Origin: Thermoplasmata archaeon
GTDB taxonomy: Archaea; Thermoplasmatota; Thermoplasmata; GCA-020350865
Direction: 5' to 3'
DNA: 64,000 nucleotides
NCBI GenBank assembly: GCA_020348445.1
Contig: CP070751.1
Span: 767,216 to 831,215 of the forward strand
This document shows, piece by piece, positions 30,294 to 40,383 of this stretch. The notes below the pieces were generated by a model that was given only the letters and a program-made list of their open reading frames with translations, did not search any database and was not told the DNA's origin. Numbering within the stretch: the stretch's first letter is position 1; every line of letters starts with the position of its first letter. The translations under genes and the position numbers were made by a program.

Positions 30294-30336
30294 TAAGGTC
30301 CCGGGCCTCGAATTAAATTAAAAATAAATCTAAGAG

Positions 30337-30540
30337 GGCCGGGACCGAGATTTGAACTCGGGTCGAGGGATGTCTGCGACCTTATGCAATAACATAATTT
30401 CAAAGGCTGAGCATCCGAAGGATGCGAGGAAACCTGGCGTTGCGAAGCAACGCAAGTGCCGTTTACGGCACCGGTTTCCGCCGGCGCTTTTTCAAAGGGC
30501 CGCCACAGTCCCATAGGATACCAGGCTACCCCACCCCGGC
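30337..30540 (-). tRNA. tRNA-His(GUG) with 131-nt intron (30372-30502) at canonical position 37/38
   Basis: The spliced sequence GCCGGGGTGGGGTAGCCTGGTATCCTATGGGACTGTGG|ATCCCTCGACCCGAGTTCAAATCTCGGTCCCGGCC folds as a cloverleaf. BHB present: CTGT/GCAG central helix with 3-nt bulges GGC and ACA. G-1 encoded at 30541, C73 discriminator, no encoded CCA. Confidence 0.95.
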
Positions 30541-30566
30541 CATGGCGCACAAAATATGCCTATGAA

Positions 30567-30575
30567 ATATTTAAG
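30567..30575 (-). promoter_or_regulatory. TATA box of tRNA-His
   Basis: CTTAAATAT on the minus strand about 26 nt upstream of the tRNA, preceded by a purine-rich BRE-like sequence. Confidence 0.55.
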
Positions 30576-30594
30576 TCTTGTTCTTAAAATGTCC

Positions 30595-31233
30595 CTATGC
30601 TGCACTTCCTTTTTTCTTGCTTCTTTTAAATACCGACGGTAAATGGACCATATAAGAGCCGTCTTTTTGGACTATGATGGGGCTTTTTTCCAAGAGCTTC
30701 TTCACATCGATTTCAAAAACTCCTTCCTCATCCACTGAGATGACCGCCACTCTTTCCTCCTTTTTTGCCTCCTCTTTTACAGGGGATTTTTTAGGTTTCA
30801 CGGCTTTTTCTGGGGATTTTTTGGCCTCGGCTTTTGTCTTGAACTTGAATTTCTTGGTTTTTCCTTCAGCCGGGAAGAACAGGTCCTCGACGCTCTTTAC
30901 CATATCATCTCCAACCTTAACAGACCCTGAGACCTCTACCTTCTTCTTTTTTACTCCGCTCTCTTCATCATCCAATACAATGAATTGGACCCACTCCTCC
31001 TTTTTCGAGAGCCCTTCCTTGATATCAACGTGAATGTCCTCACTGGTGAGCATCTCCTGGATGAGATGCTTGATATCCTTGTTGGCCTGCTCTTTCAGCT
31101 TGTCTCTTTCCTCGTCTGACATCCGTTTTTCAGTATAGAAGAATCTGGTGCCTTGGCATTCTGGACAACCCCTGAGAATCTCTGGGGAGCCATCTGCAAA
31201 AACCGAGCCGCATTTTAGGCATTGATGTGGCAT
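30595..31233 (-). CDS. arvC: Zn-ribbon protein OapC/ArvC (DUF2072 family)
   Basis: MPHQCLKCG...ILRGCPECQGTRFFY N-terminus and GVFEIDVKKLL...QKDGSYMVHLP C-terminus; third gene of the GTPase operon. Confidence 0.85.
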   Translation of the reverse strand: MPHQCLKCGSVFADGSPEILRGCPECQGTRFFYTEKRMSDEERDKLKEQANKDIKHLIQEMLTSEDIHVDIKEGLSKKEEWVQFIVLDDEESGVKKKKVEVSGSVKVGDDMVKSVEDLFFPAEGKTKKFKFKTKAEAKKSPEKAVKPKKSPVKEEAKKEERVAVISVDEEGVFEIDVKKLLEKSPIIVQKDGSYMVHLPSVFKRSKKKGSAA

Positions 31234-31790
31234 TATTTACCCTCTTTATTTTCTTCTTCTTTTGAAGGTGTTTCATCTGTTTTGGATTCTGGTGATTCAG
31301 CATTTGTGCCTGTGGATTGTTGATCCTTTGGTTGCACCGCAGCTTGTCCTGAATTTGTGTTGCTTACACTTTTTGGTGGTGGCGGAATTTCCCTCTTTTG
31401 ACCTTTGGCCTTTTCTCCTACAATTGTCTCTTTTGTTAGAATCATGGCCTGGATCATATTGCCGTCTTTATGCACAGTTTTGAGAAGGGCAGCAGGCCCT
31501 ATGACACTCATTCTCGGGGGCTGTTTTCTTCGCAGCAGCTTGGAAAGCCAGCTCCCCTTTCTTACATCCTCTTGAGAGTAGCTCTGCATCTCTATTCCAA
31601 TGAACGTGTCCTGGTCGATATTGGACATGGTTGTTTTGATAAGCTCTGCCTCCTCTTCAGCAGTCAATCCCTGTTCCAGGACCAATACATTGCCCTTTTT
31701 GACCTCGTGCAAGATGAACCTTATCTTGTCCCTGCTGCTCAGGTTGGTGAGCCTTTCGATGGATATGAGATTGATATTGATGCCAGCCAT
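31233..31790 (-). CDS. arvB: OapB/ArvB (DUF2073 family)
   Basis: KIRFIL..VK.G.VLVLE.GL..EEEA.LI..TM..I..D.FIGIE and MSVIGPA; ATG 31790 after GGTGAGG SD. Confidence 0.85.
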   Translation of the reverse strand: MAGININLISIERLTNLSSRDKIRFILHEVKKGNVLVLEQGLTAEEEAELIKTTMSNIDQDTFIGIEMQSYSQEDVRKGSWLSKLLRRKQPPRMSVIGPAALLKTVHKDGNMIQAMILTKETIVGEKAKGQKREIPPPPKSVSNTNSGQAAVQPKDQQSTGTNAESPESKTDETPSKEEENKEGK

Positions 31791-31794
31791 TACC

Positions 31795-32460
31795 TCACCT
31801 AAAATGTTTAACCATTCTCTTGTACAATTTCTCGATATTGTGGCCATCTAACGCACTTATCGGGATCACCGGATGCTGTGGGAACGCGTTTTTGATGGTT
31901 GCTGGAGATGAGTCCTTGCGGTCTATCTTGTTGGCAGCTATTAAAACAGGCAGCTTTCGTGCCTCCAAATTACCGAGAATCGTGATGTTAATCTGGTTGA
32001 ATGGATCAATTGCTGAATCCATAACAAGGAGGACACCATCCACATCATCCAGCCATTTTATTGCCTCTATTACACCACCTGTGGCCTCCTTTGCCCTTCT
32101 TCTTCCCTCCTCAACTGTCATTCCATATTTTTCTACGAACTCATGAAAATCTATCTTGGTGGCGATACCTGGTGTGTCCACCACATCCAAAGTCAGGGCC
32201 GAGCCGTCGGCCTTGATAACTATATCTGAGCTCACCCTTGCCTTTCTGGTTTCATGAGGAATCTCTGAAACTGCGCCCATGACCTCGCCTGTCCAATCTC
32301 TGACAATGCGGTTGGCCAGCGTGGTCTTGCCCGCATTGGGCGGGCCGTAAATCCCGATTCTGATATGGTTCTTACCAAAGACCTTTTTTAGCCACTTTCC
32401 AAATGATAGCTTCCTGATTCTATCGACAAAACCCACGCCTTTACCTCCAAAGCATCCCAT
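31795..32460 (-). CDS. arvA: Small Era-like GTPase OapA/ArvA
   Basis: G1 GPPNAGKTT, G2 HETR, G3 DTPG, G4 NKID, G5 ISA; operon with DUF2073 and Zn-ribbon genes. The true start may be slightly downstream of 32460. Confidence 0.88.
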   Translation of the reverse strand: MGCFGGKGVGFVDRIRKLSFGKWLKKVFGKNHIRIGIYGPPNAGKTTLANRIVRDWTGEVMGAVSEIPHETRKARVSSDIVIKADGSALTLDVVDTPGIATKIDFHEFVEKYGMTVEEGRRRAKEATGGVIEAIKWLDDVDGVLLVMDSAIDPFNQINITILGNLEARKLPVLIAANKIDRKDSSPATIKNAFPQHPVIPISALDGHNIEKLYKRMVKHFR

Positions 32461-32585
32461 TTGAGTTACGCAAGGGAAATAGAGTTGTTTATATAAAATC
32501 CTTTTCTTGATTTTAGGCGAGATTCACTACCATAGGAATAAATATAAAAACCACGATTCAATATCTTAGAAACTCAGCATATCTA

Positions 32586-33344
32586 TTGGTGGCCAAAATG
32601 ACCACAGGCAAAAACGACAAGGTGATCACAGATAGAGCACCGTGCGGCCTCTCTTGTGCTAGATGCGAATCTTTTTTGGCAGAAAAATGCTCTGGCTGTT
32701 ACCTTGAGAACTCAAGAAGAAAGGACATGTGCGCTGTGGTGGTTGGTGAACCATTCGAAGAGAGCAAGAAGCTCATTTTATGCATGAGGGAAAAAAAGAA
32801 AGACATGTGTAATGATTGTGAGGAGTTCGAGGTTTGCGAAATCTATGATGCCCTCCTTCTGAAATGCCCCTTTAAAAGGCCGATATATGATCTGAAACCT
32901 GGTTATGGTTACCTGGTCAAGGAGAAAAAGCCTGAGCTCGGCTTCAAGATATTCGGTGATATGGTTAGGCACGGCTCAAATGGCCTGTGTCTTTCGAGGC
33001 AGCATCCCAAGAACCTGCCATTTAAACAGGGAAAGGGGACTTTAAAAACCTACTGGCTCACCAGTTTTGAAGGGGAAGGCAATCTTCAGCCCACGAATCT
33101 CGGGATATTAAGTGACATCATAATCAGGTTCATGGAAGAGGGTAGTGACACCGTGATACTCATTGATGGTGTCGAGCTTCTCATCACCCAGAACGATTTC
33201 CCCAATGTCTTGAGGATGATAAACCACATTATCGAGGTTGTCATGCAGAAGGATACCAGGTTCATCATCACCCTCGACGAGCGGACATTGGAAAAAAAGG
33301 AAATGGCGCTTTTGGAGAGGAATATGGAGATAATTGAGCGATAG
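32586..33344 (+). CDS. Cys-rich (DUF3795-like) N-terminal domain fused to DUF835 (degenerate KaiC-like) domain
   Basis: APCGLSCARC...CSGC...C..C..C N-terminus; GLCLSRQHP, WLT, P.NL, ILIDGVELL and LLER at the C-terminus. Confidence 0.8.
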   Translation: MVAKMTTGKNDKVITDRAPCGLSCARCESFLAEKCSGCYLENSRRKDMCAVVVGEPFEESKKLILCMREKKKDMCNDCEEFEVCEIYDALLLKCPFKRPIYDLKPGYGYLVKEKKPELGFKIFGDMVRHGSNGLCLSRQHPKNLPFKQGKGTLKTYWLTSFEGEGNLQPTNLGILSDIIIRFMEEGSDTVILIDGVELLITQNDFPNVLRMINHIIEVVMQKDTRFIITLDERTLEKKEMALLERNMEIIER

Positions 33345-33469
33345 GATTTTTTTTATTTACAAAATCATTTACCTCAACATTTAAATAGTATACAAAACGG
33401 GTTACCTCTTAATATATATAATATAGATGGCATAGAGTAACTGCTGCAAATATCGTATTTGAAAGAAGG

Positions 33470-36400
33470 GTGATGGAAATGACGCAGAAGGCCATCGCAG
33501 TTGGGATTGTGAGCCTGTTTGTGATTGGTGGATTAGTTGGGATATTGACGATAATTCCGGACGAAGTTAAGGCGCCGGGGCCGACTTATGTGAGTGGATT
33601 GATAACTGAGAATACTACTTGGACGGCGGATGATAGTCCATATATCGTTACAGGGAATATTTTAGTAGAACAAAATATAACTCTGTTTATTGAACCTGGT
33701 ATAGTAGTAAGGTTTGATGGTTTTTTTTATTTCCAAATTGAAGGGAGACTAGTCGCCGAAGGGAATAAAGATAATATGATCACATTTACATCAAATAATA
33801 CAACACCTGCGCCTGGTGATTGGGATCGAATTCGATTTACGGATAATGCTGATAATAATTCCTCTTTAAATTATTGTGAGATTGAATATTCTGATTGGGG
33901 GATATTCGTAGATATGGCCTCTACTCTTTCTGCTTCAAAAATTTCAATTACACACAATTATATTTCGTATAATTATAATTCAGGTATTTATTTTTCTTAT
34001 CGATGCCCTTCTACTGTTGATACTATAAAAATTACTCACAATTATATTGCTTTCAATTCTATTAGAGGTCTTGGGTTTAGCTTGTATGATGTAGTAGATT
34101 CGACAACAAAAATAAATGTTGAGTATAATACAATAACTTCTAATGGAGATTTTGGGGGGATTAGAATTCAAAATCTAGCATTTGATGGCGATACAAATAT
34201 TTCCTTCCGTAATAATAATATTTACAATAACACTCTTTATGATGTCGTGAATGTTGAGCAAGATTATTATGATGAGATAGATTTTACCTATAACTGGTGG
34301 GGGACTACAGATACCGATCTAATAAACCAGAGTATTTACGATTATTATGACGATTTTAATAATCAAAAAATCATATATGAACCTTTTTTAACCTCCTTTG
34401 TATCCGAGGATGGATCCGGCCTCCAAGAAGGCGCCCCATGGCCGATGTTCCGGGGAAATGTCAGGCATACAGGGCTTAGCCCTTATGATACGAGTGGGAA
34501 TACTGGGGAGTTGAAATGGAGCTTTTCCACCGTCAGGTCAATTGAGTCGTCACCCGCAATAGGTTCTGACGGAACGATTTATGTAGGCGGTGCTAATACA
34601 ATGGGTGTTGAAGGTTATCTGTATGCGATCTACCCAAATGGCATTGAAAAATGGAGCTTCGACACAGGAGATTGGGTGTACTCATCGCCCGCTATTGGTT
34701 CCGACGGTACGATTTATGTAGGCTCATTTGGCACAATCGGAGGATATCTGTATTCAATCAATCCAAATGGGACAGAGAAATGGAGTTTCATCGCGGGTAA
34801 CCAAGATGTAGTCTCATCACCAGCCATTGGTTCTGATGGTACAATCTACATAGGCTCTGAAGATGGTTATATGTATGCGATTAATCCAAATGGTACCGAG
34901 AAATGGAAATTCTTAACCGGAGGTATGGTGACATCGTCACCTGCAATCAACTCCGATGGGACCATTTATATTGGCTCGTATGACGATATAGTGTACGCTG
35001 TTTATCCAAATGGCACAAAGAAATGGAGTTTTATAACTGGAGCAAATATTGGAAAGTCGTCACCCGCAATCGACTCCGATGGGACGATTTATGTCGGCTC
35101 TCACGACCATAAGCTGTATGCAATAAATCCGAATGGAACTGAAAAATGGAGCTTTATGACTGGTGATTGGGTTGATTCATCTCCAGCAATTGGTCCTGAT
35201 GGGACGATTTATGTAGGTTCTTATGACGATAACATGTACGCCATTTATCCAAATGGCACAGAAAAATGGAGCTTTACGACTGGGGCAAATATTGAAGAGT
35301 CGTCGCCTGCAATAGGTTCGGACGGTACAATTTATATAGGATCTTGCGATAAAAAGATGTATGCAATATATCCGAATGGTAGTGAGAAATGGAGCTTCAT
35401 GACTGGTAAATATGTGATATCATCACCATCAATTGATACTGATGGTACGGTTTATATCGGCTCTTGGGACGGAAAACTGTATGCATTAGGTAAAATACCT
35501 TCTCAACCACCAAACCCTCCTTTGACACCTTCAGGTCCAACCTCTGGCGAAACCAGTGCTCCATATTCATTTTCAACATCTTCAACCGACCCAGACGGCG
35601 ATCAAATTAAATACGGTTGGGATTGGGATGGGGATGGAACTGTTGATGAGTGGTCCAGTCTAGTGGATTCGGGAACTGAAGATAACCGCTCACATAGTTG
35701 GCCTACTCCTGATATCTATAATATTAAAGTTAAGGCAATGGATGAATTTGGAGAAGAATCTGACTGGTCAGATGTTCTAATAGTAACCATCACAAGTGAG
35801 GAATTAGACACCGATGGCGATGGAACCCCAGACTCCGAAGATACAGACGATGACAATGATGGTCACAATGATGATGTGGATATATTCCCGCTAGATCCCA
35901 CGGAATGGCTTGACACGGATGGAGATGGAATCGGGAACAACGCTGATTTGGACGATGACAATGATAGCTATACAGATGAGAATGACCTATTCCCACTAGA
36001 TCCCTCTGAATGGATGGACACTGATTCCGATGGAGTCGGAAACAACGCCGATTTAGATGACGATGGTGACGGTTACACCGATGACCTCGACTTATTCCCC
36101 CTGGATCCGACAGAATGGCAGGATACAGATGGAGATGGAATCGGGAACAATGCAGATTCGGATGATGACAATGACGGCCACAATGACTCTGAAGATTATT
36201 ATCCTCTGGATCCCACCAGATGGGCGGCCCCTGAATCTGATATTACAATCTCCAGTATAACATTGTCAAAATATGGGCCCTCCAATGGAGAGACCGTTAC
36301 TATTTATGTCGAGGTTCAAAACTCAGGAGATGACGATTGCAGTGTAATTGTGAAAATTTACGACGGTGATCCGTCCAGTGGAGGGACTCAGATCGGTAGC

Positions 36401-37477
36401 GATCATACTGTTACAGCTCCGTCAGGTGGTCAAATTACAGTTTCTCGAGATTGGGTAACAACTGCCGGAAGTCATATTATATACGCAGAAGTAGAAGACA
36501 TTGAAACTGGTGAGAAAATAACTGATCATTTATCAGTGGAAGTTGGGGAAAATATCCAGTCTGTTCTTGTGCTTTCCACAGGGGATATCAACATCTATAG
36601 GTTCGAACCAGGTCAAGAGCGCACGATATCTGTTGAGGTCACATGCTACAGGCAAACTGTATACAATGTTCGTCTTGTGGTCCTGGACCATCAAAACCTG
36701 ACAATTGACACGACTATAACACCACTAATGAACATGACTGGCGGCGAGACCATCAAATTCTATCTGAGAATAAAGGCGCCTAAGCTTCCGAAAGGTGTAG
36801 AAAAACTCGAAAAAGACATACTTATCCAGGCAGTTGGAGACAACGGAATATTCAGCAATGCAGAGGAGCTGGACATAGTGGTGAGCAAAAGTGCAATAAG
36901 CCTATTTGATCCGTTCTTTGTCGTGGGGGCAGTGGCTACCGGGTCCTTGGCCACAATCGGGGCCGCGGCTGCCGCATCAAGAAGAAACGAGAATTGGAAA
37001 TACCTGCTGTTATTGACTTTTGCAGTACCCCTTTACACGAGGATCCACGGCAAGAAAACCCTGGACAATTTCGTAAGAGGTCAGGTGTTCGGTCATATCC
37101 AGTCAAAACCGGGAACGCATTTTAATGAGATAAGAAAAACCCTGAGACTGGGGAACGGGAATCTCGCATATCATTTGAGAAAGCTGGAAAAGGAAGGATT
37201 CATCAATTCAGTAAGAGATAAGAGGTACAGAAGATTCTATCCAGTAGGGGTGGAGGTGCCAGAGGAGGACGGGATTAAACTTAGCAAGACCCAGGATAGC
37301 ATCCTCGATTATATTGAACAGCACCCAAAGACCAGCCAAAAAGAAATTGCCGAGGCACTAAAGGAATCCCAACAAACTGTCAGCTATAACATAAATGTCC
37401 TGGTTAGGGAAGGTTTCCTCAAAGAGGAAAAGATAAAGGGAACAAAAAGATACGAAATTTTGGATGAAAATACATAA
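33470..37477 (+). CDS. Surface protein: beta-helix, 8-blade PQQ-like propeller, PKD-like, TSP3-like repeats, CARDB, TM helix and cytoplasmic tandem winged-HTH
   Basis: Eight [12 protein letters not shown](V/I)GS repeats; four 35-aa DTDGDG repeats; TM; [10 protein letters not shown]...PG.H...I...L...NG.LAYHL..LE.EG (COG3398-like) plus a second HTH. Confidence 0.85.
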   Translation: MMEMTQKAIAVGIVSLFVIGGLVGILTIIPDEVKAPGPTYVSGLITENTTWTADDSPYIVTGNILVEQNITLFIEPGIVVRFDGFFYFQIEGRLVAEGNKDNMITFTSNNTTPAPGDWDRIRFTDNADNNSSLNYCEIEYSDWGIFVDMASTLSASKISITHNYISYNYNSGIYFSYRCPSTVDTIKITHNYIAFNSIRGLGFSLYDVVDSTTKINVEYNTITSNGDFGGIRIQNLAFDGDTNISFRNNNIYNNTLYDVVNVEQDYYDEIDFTYNWWGTTDTDLINQSIYDYYDDFNNQKIIYEPFLTSFVSEDGSGLQEGAPWPMFRGNVRHTGLSPYDTSGNTGELKWSFSTVRSIESSPAIGSDGTIYVGGANTMGVEGYLYAIYPNGIEKWSFDTGDWVYSSPAIGSDGTIYVGSFGTIGGYLYSINPNGTEKWSFIAGNQDVVSSPAIGSDGTIYIGSEDGYMYAINPNGTEKWKFLTGGMVTSSPAINSDGTIYIGSYDDIVYAVYPNGTKKWSFITGANIGKSSPAIDSDGTIYVGSHDHKLYAINPNGTEKWSFMTGDWVDSSPAIGPDGTIYVGSYDDNMYAIYPNGTEKWSFTTGANIEESSPAIGSDGTIYIGSCDKKMYAIYPNGSEKWSFMTGKYVISSPSIDTDGTVYIGSWDGKLYALGKIPSQPPNPPLTPSGPTSGETSAPYSFSTSSTDPDGDQIKYGWDWDGDGTVDEWSSLVDSGTEDNRSHSWPTPDIYNIKVKAMDEFGEESDWSDVLIVTITSEELDTDGDGTPDSEDTDDDNDGHNDDVDIFPLDPTEWLDTDGDGIGNNADLDDDNDSYTDENDLFPLDPSEWMDTDSDGVGNNADLDDDGDGYTDDLDLFPLDPTEWQDTDGDGIGNNADSDDDNDGHNDSEDYYPLDPTRWAAPESDITISSITLSKYGPSNGETVTIYVEVQNSGDDDCSVIVKIYDGDPSSGGTQIGSDHTVTAPSGGQITVSRDWVTTAGSHIIYAEVEDIETGEKITDHLSVEVGENIQSVLVLSTGDINIYRFEPGQERTISVEVTCYRQTVYNVRLVVLDHQNLTIDTTITPLMNMTGGETIKFYLRIKAPKLPKGVEKLEKDILIQAVGDNGIFSNAEELDIVVSKSAISLFDPFFVVGAVATGSLATIGAAAAASRRNENWKYLLLLTFAVPLYTRIHGKKTLDNFVRGQVFGHIQSKPGTHFNEIRKTLRLGNGNLAYHLRKLEKEGFINSVRDKRYRRFYPVGVEVPEEDGIKLSKTQDSILDYIEQHPKTSQKEIAEALKESQQTVSYNINVLVREGFLKEEKIKGTKRYEILDENT
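34545..35490 (+). repeat. Intragenic ~40-aa beta-propeller repeats (8 copies)
   Basis: Repeated SSPAI(G/D/N)[24 protein letters not shown]; boundaries approximate. Confidence 0.85.
35809..36225 (+). repeat. Intragenic thrombospondin type-3-like Ca-binding repeats (4 x 35 aa)
   Basis: DTDGDG(I/V)[20 protein letters not shown] repeated; boundaries approximate. Confidence 0.85.
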
Positions 37478-37641
37478 TCTCACACATTCCCTGTAAATAT
37501 CCCCTCAGACTCCCGAATCCAAAATCATTAAATTAATGAAGACAATATTGTTTTTTAGTATGGAAATAGAGTATAATGGTCATTCCTGAAGAAATGAATG
37601 GCTTGAGAGTGGTGCCTTAAAGGTAAATTAAGAAACTGAGG

Positions 37642-40287
37642 ATGACAATAATGAAAAGATGTTCACACCAAAAAAGGTATGTTAAGACATCTGGAGTATT
37701 TGTGTTCGTATCCATGATGACTCTCTCGGCAATTTTCTGGTTCGGGATCGGGGGAACGGTAGAAGGGGAAAGAAGTTATGTTGATGATGTACTAAATCTC
37801 CCATTTGACGAAGGCTGGGGAATTACTGCCTTTGACAACAGCAGGTACGGAAATCACGGGACGATAAGTGGGGCCGCCTGGGAAGATGGCTTTTTGGGAT
37901 ACGGACTAAAATTTGATGGAGTGGATGATTACATAGATTTTGGAGATATTGATTCACTGGATGGAATTACTGACCTGACCATTTGTGCATGGATAAAAAG
38001 TGACAACAATTATGGATCAAATCACTTTATTATTAGTAAAAATAAAACCGGTCAATTAACTTTTGATTTTCTTGTTGACAGTGCAACAAAAACCCTGAGA
38101 TTGGCCTGTTCAGATGATGGTAGCTCGGTATACGATTATTATGGCAATACCATTTTTTCGGACAATGATTGGCATCATGTTGCTATAACATTCGAAGCAA
38201 ATAAGAATGTAACATTTTACATCGATGGTGAAATGGATAAGCAAAATCCAACAACTCTATCAAGTCTATTTTCAGGAAATGCCAGGGTGTTAATCGGTAC
38301 AAACGATGTTCTAGTTGGATCCGAATCTACAAATGGTCTAATAGACGAGGTCTATGTATTTATTAGAGCCTTTAGTGCACAAGATGTTCTGGAACTCTAT
38401 CACTCCTATGACCTAGTTCTAGAACTGCTTTTTGATGAGAATACCGGAACACAAGCCTACGATAGTAGCGGATTCGACAATCACGGGACGATCTATGGAG
38501 CGAGTTGGACAGAAGGGAAGATTGATAAGGCTCTATATTTCGACGGTGTGGATGATTATGTGGAGGTGGCTCATTCAGATAGCTTGGATATTACAAATGA
38601 GATAACATATGAAGCATGGGTGAAAATCCATGAATTTCGGGCCGATAATTACCAAACTCTTGCCTGGAAAGAAGAAATATGGTCATTTCAAATTACTCCC
38701 GATAAAAAAGTATATTTCGATCTGTATATAGATGGGGATTGGGCATTAGGTTTCCCAAATGCCGACTTTGGGACATTAGAATTAACAACAAATGAATGGT
38801 ACCATATTGCATTGACATACAATAGAACAGAGATGAGGATATACATAAACGGGGAATTAGACGGTTCACATTCGATAAACGGCAATATAAACACGTCATC
38901 AAACCCTGTGACCATTGGAAGGGTTCTTGGAAGACCTGAATCTCCAAATAGGAAATTAAACGGCACCTTGGACCAAGTCCGCATCTACAACACGTCCCTA
39001 AGCCCAGAAGAAATACTGAAGCACTATGCACCTCCATTTCTTGAAATTTGGACAGACAAAAATACCTACTACCCTGGCGATTTAGTAACAATATCCGCGC
39101 AGTACGCAAATGGAAGTGCCCCCGATGTGACTTTTGATGTTCAGTATCCTGACATGACGAGGTTGACAAAGAAAACAGAATCATTTGACAACAGTTTAGC
39201 GAACACTATCTTAACACTCCCCTCAGACTCACCTTCAGGAACTTATACGATCTCTGCCTTTACATTTGACGCCTCAGCTCAAACAACTTTCAAGGTCATC
39301 ATAATCCCAGATATAGAGCAAAGTCCATTAAATATCTCGTCTTCAGATATTACATCCTCAAAACTCAACACAGCAAATAATGAGCAGATTACCCTTTATG
39401 CAATGGTCCACAACACAGGAAATACATCGATTCCCGTCAACGTGATCTTCTATGAAGGCGACCCAGACATAGACGGAGTCTTGCTGGGTAGCGACTATAT
39501 AACTGTCCCTATCGAAGGTTCCCAGCCAGCCAAAATCACATATATGGCAGCGGATGGCACCCACACAATCTTCGTTGTTGTCCAGACAAATGGATTCCCT
39601 AATGCCTCGGCATCCAGGAACTTGACCTTTGGGCAAAATGTCCAGTCCATTCTGGTCCTGTCCACGGGTGATACCAATATCTTTAAATTTGAGCCGGGTC
39701 AGGAACAAATAATCACAGTTGAGGTCACATGCTACCTTCAGACCGTGACCAACGTCCACCTCGTGGTTTTGGACGACCAGAACGTCACTATAAATGCCTC
39801 CATAATCCCAGCCAGGACCATGATGGATGGCGAGACTGTCCAATTCGATCTGAGAATCAAGGCACCTGGGCTTCCTGAAGGTGTAAAAAAGCTTGAAAAA
39901 GTCATAGTTATACAAGCAGTTGGAGAAGGCGGTATCTTCAGCAATGCAGAGAAGTTGGATATAGTAGTTACCAAAAGCACAACCAGCTCCCAGGACCCAA
40001 CCCTAATCATAGTAGCGGTAGTCTTAGTAATAATAGCTGTCTTGGGTGCAGTGGCAGTGGCAAAAAGAAGAAATAAACACCAAATAAAATTGAGCAGGAC
40101 ACAAGAGAACATTCTCGATTATATCAAGGAGCATCCCAAATCAAGTCAAGAGGATACAGCCGAAGCATTAAAGGAATCACAGCAAGCAGTAAACAACGAT
40201 ATCGATTTCCTGGTCAGGGAAGGATTTCTTTCCGAGGAGGAGGATTCTGGTATAAAGAGATACGAAATTTTAAATGAGAATGCATAA
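37642..40287 (+). CDS. Surface protein: two LamG-like jelly-roll domains, Ig-like/CARDB, TM helix and a single cytoplasmic winged-HTH
   Basis: Two L.FDE..G..A.D.S...NHGTI.GA.W..G...AL.FDGVDDY...WHHVA.T repeats; C-terminal ~250 aa homologous to the preceding gene. Confidence 0.85.
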   Translation: MTIMKRCSHQKRYVKTSGVFVFVSMMTLSAIFWFGIGGTVEGERSYVDDVLNLPFDEGWGITAFDNSRYGNHGTISGAAWEDGFLGYGLKFDGVDDYIDFGDIDSLDGITDLTICAWIKSDNNYGSNHFIISKNKTGQLTFDFLVDSATKTLRLACSDDGSSVYDYYGNTIFSDNDWHHVAITFEANKNVTFYIDGEMDKQNPTTLSSLFSGNARVLIGTNDVLVGSESTNGLIDEVYVFIRAFSAQDVLELYHSYDLVLELLFDENTGTQAYDSSGFDNHGTIYGASWTEGKIDKALYFDGVDDYVEVAHSDSLDITNEITYEAWVKIHEFRADNYQTLAWKEEIWSFQITPDKKVYFDLYIDGDWALGFPNADFGTLELTTNEWYHIALTYNRTEMRIYINGELDGSHSINGNINTSSNPVTIGRVLGRPESPNRKLNGTLDQVRIYNTSLSPEEILKHYAPPFLEIWTDKNTYYPGDLVTISAQYANGSAPDVTFDVQYPDMTRLTKKTESFDNSLANTILTLPSDSPSGTYTISAFTFDASAQTTFKVIIIPDIEQSPLNISSSDITSSKLNTANNEQITLYAMVHNTGNTSIPVNVIFYEGDPDIDGVLLGSDYITVPIEGSQPAKITYMAADGTHTIFVVVQTNGFPNASASRNLTFGQNVQSILVLSTGDTNIFKFEPGQEQIITVEVTCYLQTVTNVHLVVLDDQNVTINASIIPARTMMDGETVQFDLRIKAPGLPEGVKKLEKVIVIQAVGEGGIFSNAEKLDIVVTKSTTSSQDPTLIIVAVVLVIIAVLGAVAVAKRRNKHQIKLSRTQENILDYIKEHPKSSQEDTAEALKESQQAVNNDIDFLVREGFLSEEEDSGIKRYEILNENA

Positions 40288-40383
40288 ACTTTTTTATGCA
40301 CAATAATTATCCCACCCCGACATTCAAATCCAAAATCATTAAATTCATGAATGCGATATGGATTTTTGGGGTGGAATGTAATT

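Noticed and set aside
30372-30502. Box C/D guide RNA in the intron, as in tRNA-Trp
   Set aside because: No RUGAUGA or CUGA boxes on the transcribed strand.
30293-30550. 85-aa ORF from the ORF track
   Set aside because: It overlaps the tRNA-His gene entirely and is spurious.
30300-30600. Integrated mobile element at tRNA-His
   Set aside because: No integrase and no direct repeat of the tRNA 3' end elsewhere in the window; only an inverted copy was found.
34545-36225. Diversity-generating retroelement TR/VR pair among intragenic repeats
   Set aside because: The differences are not adenine-specific, the repeats are ordinary propeller/TSP3 coding repeats, and there is no reverse transcriptase.
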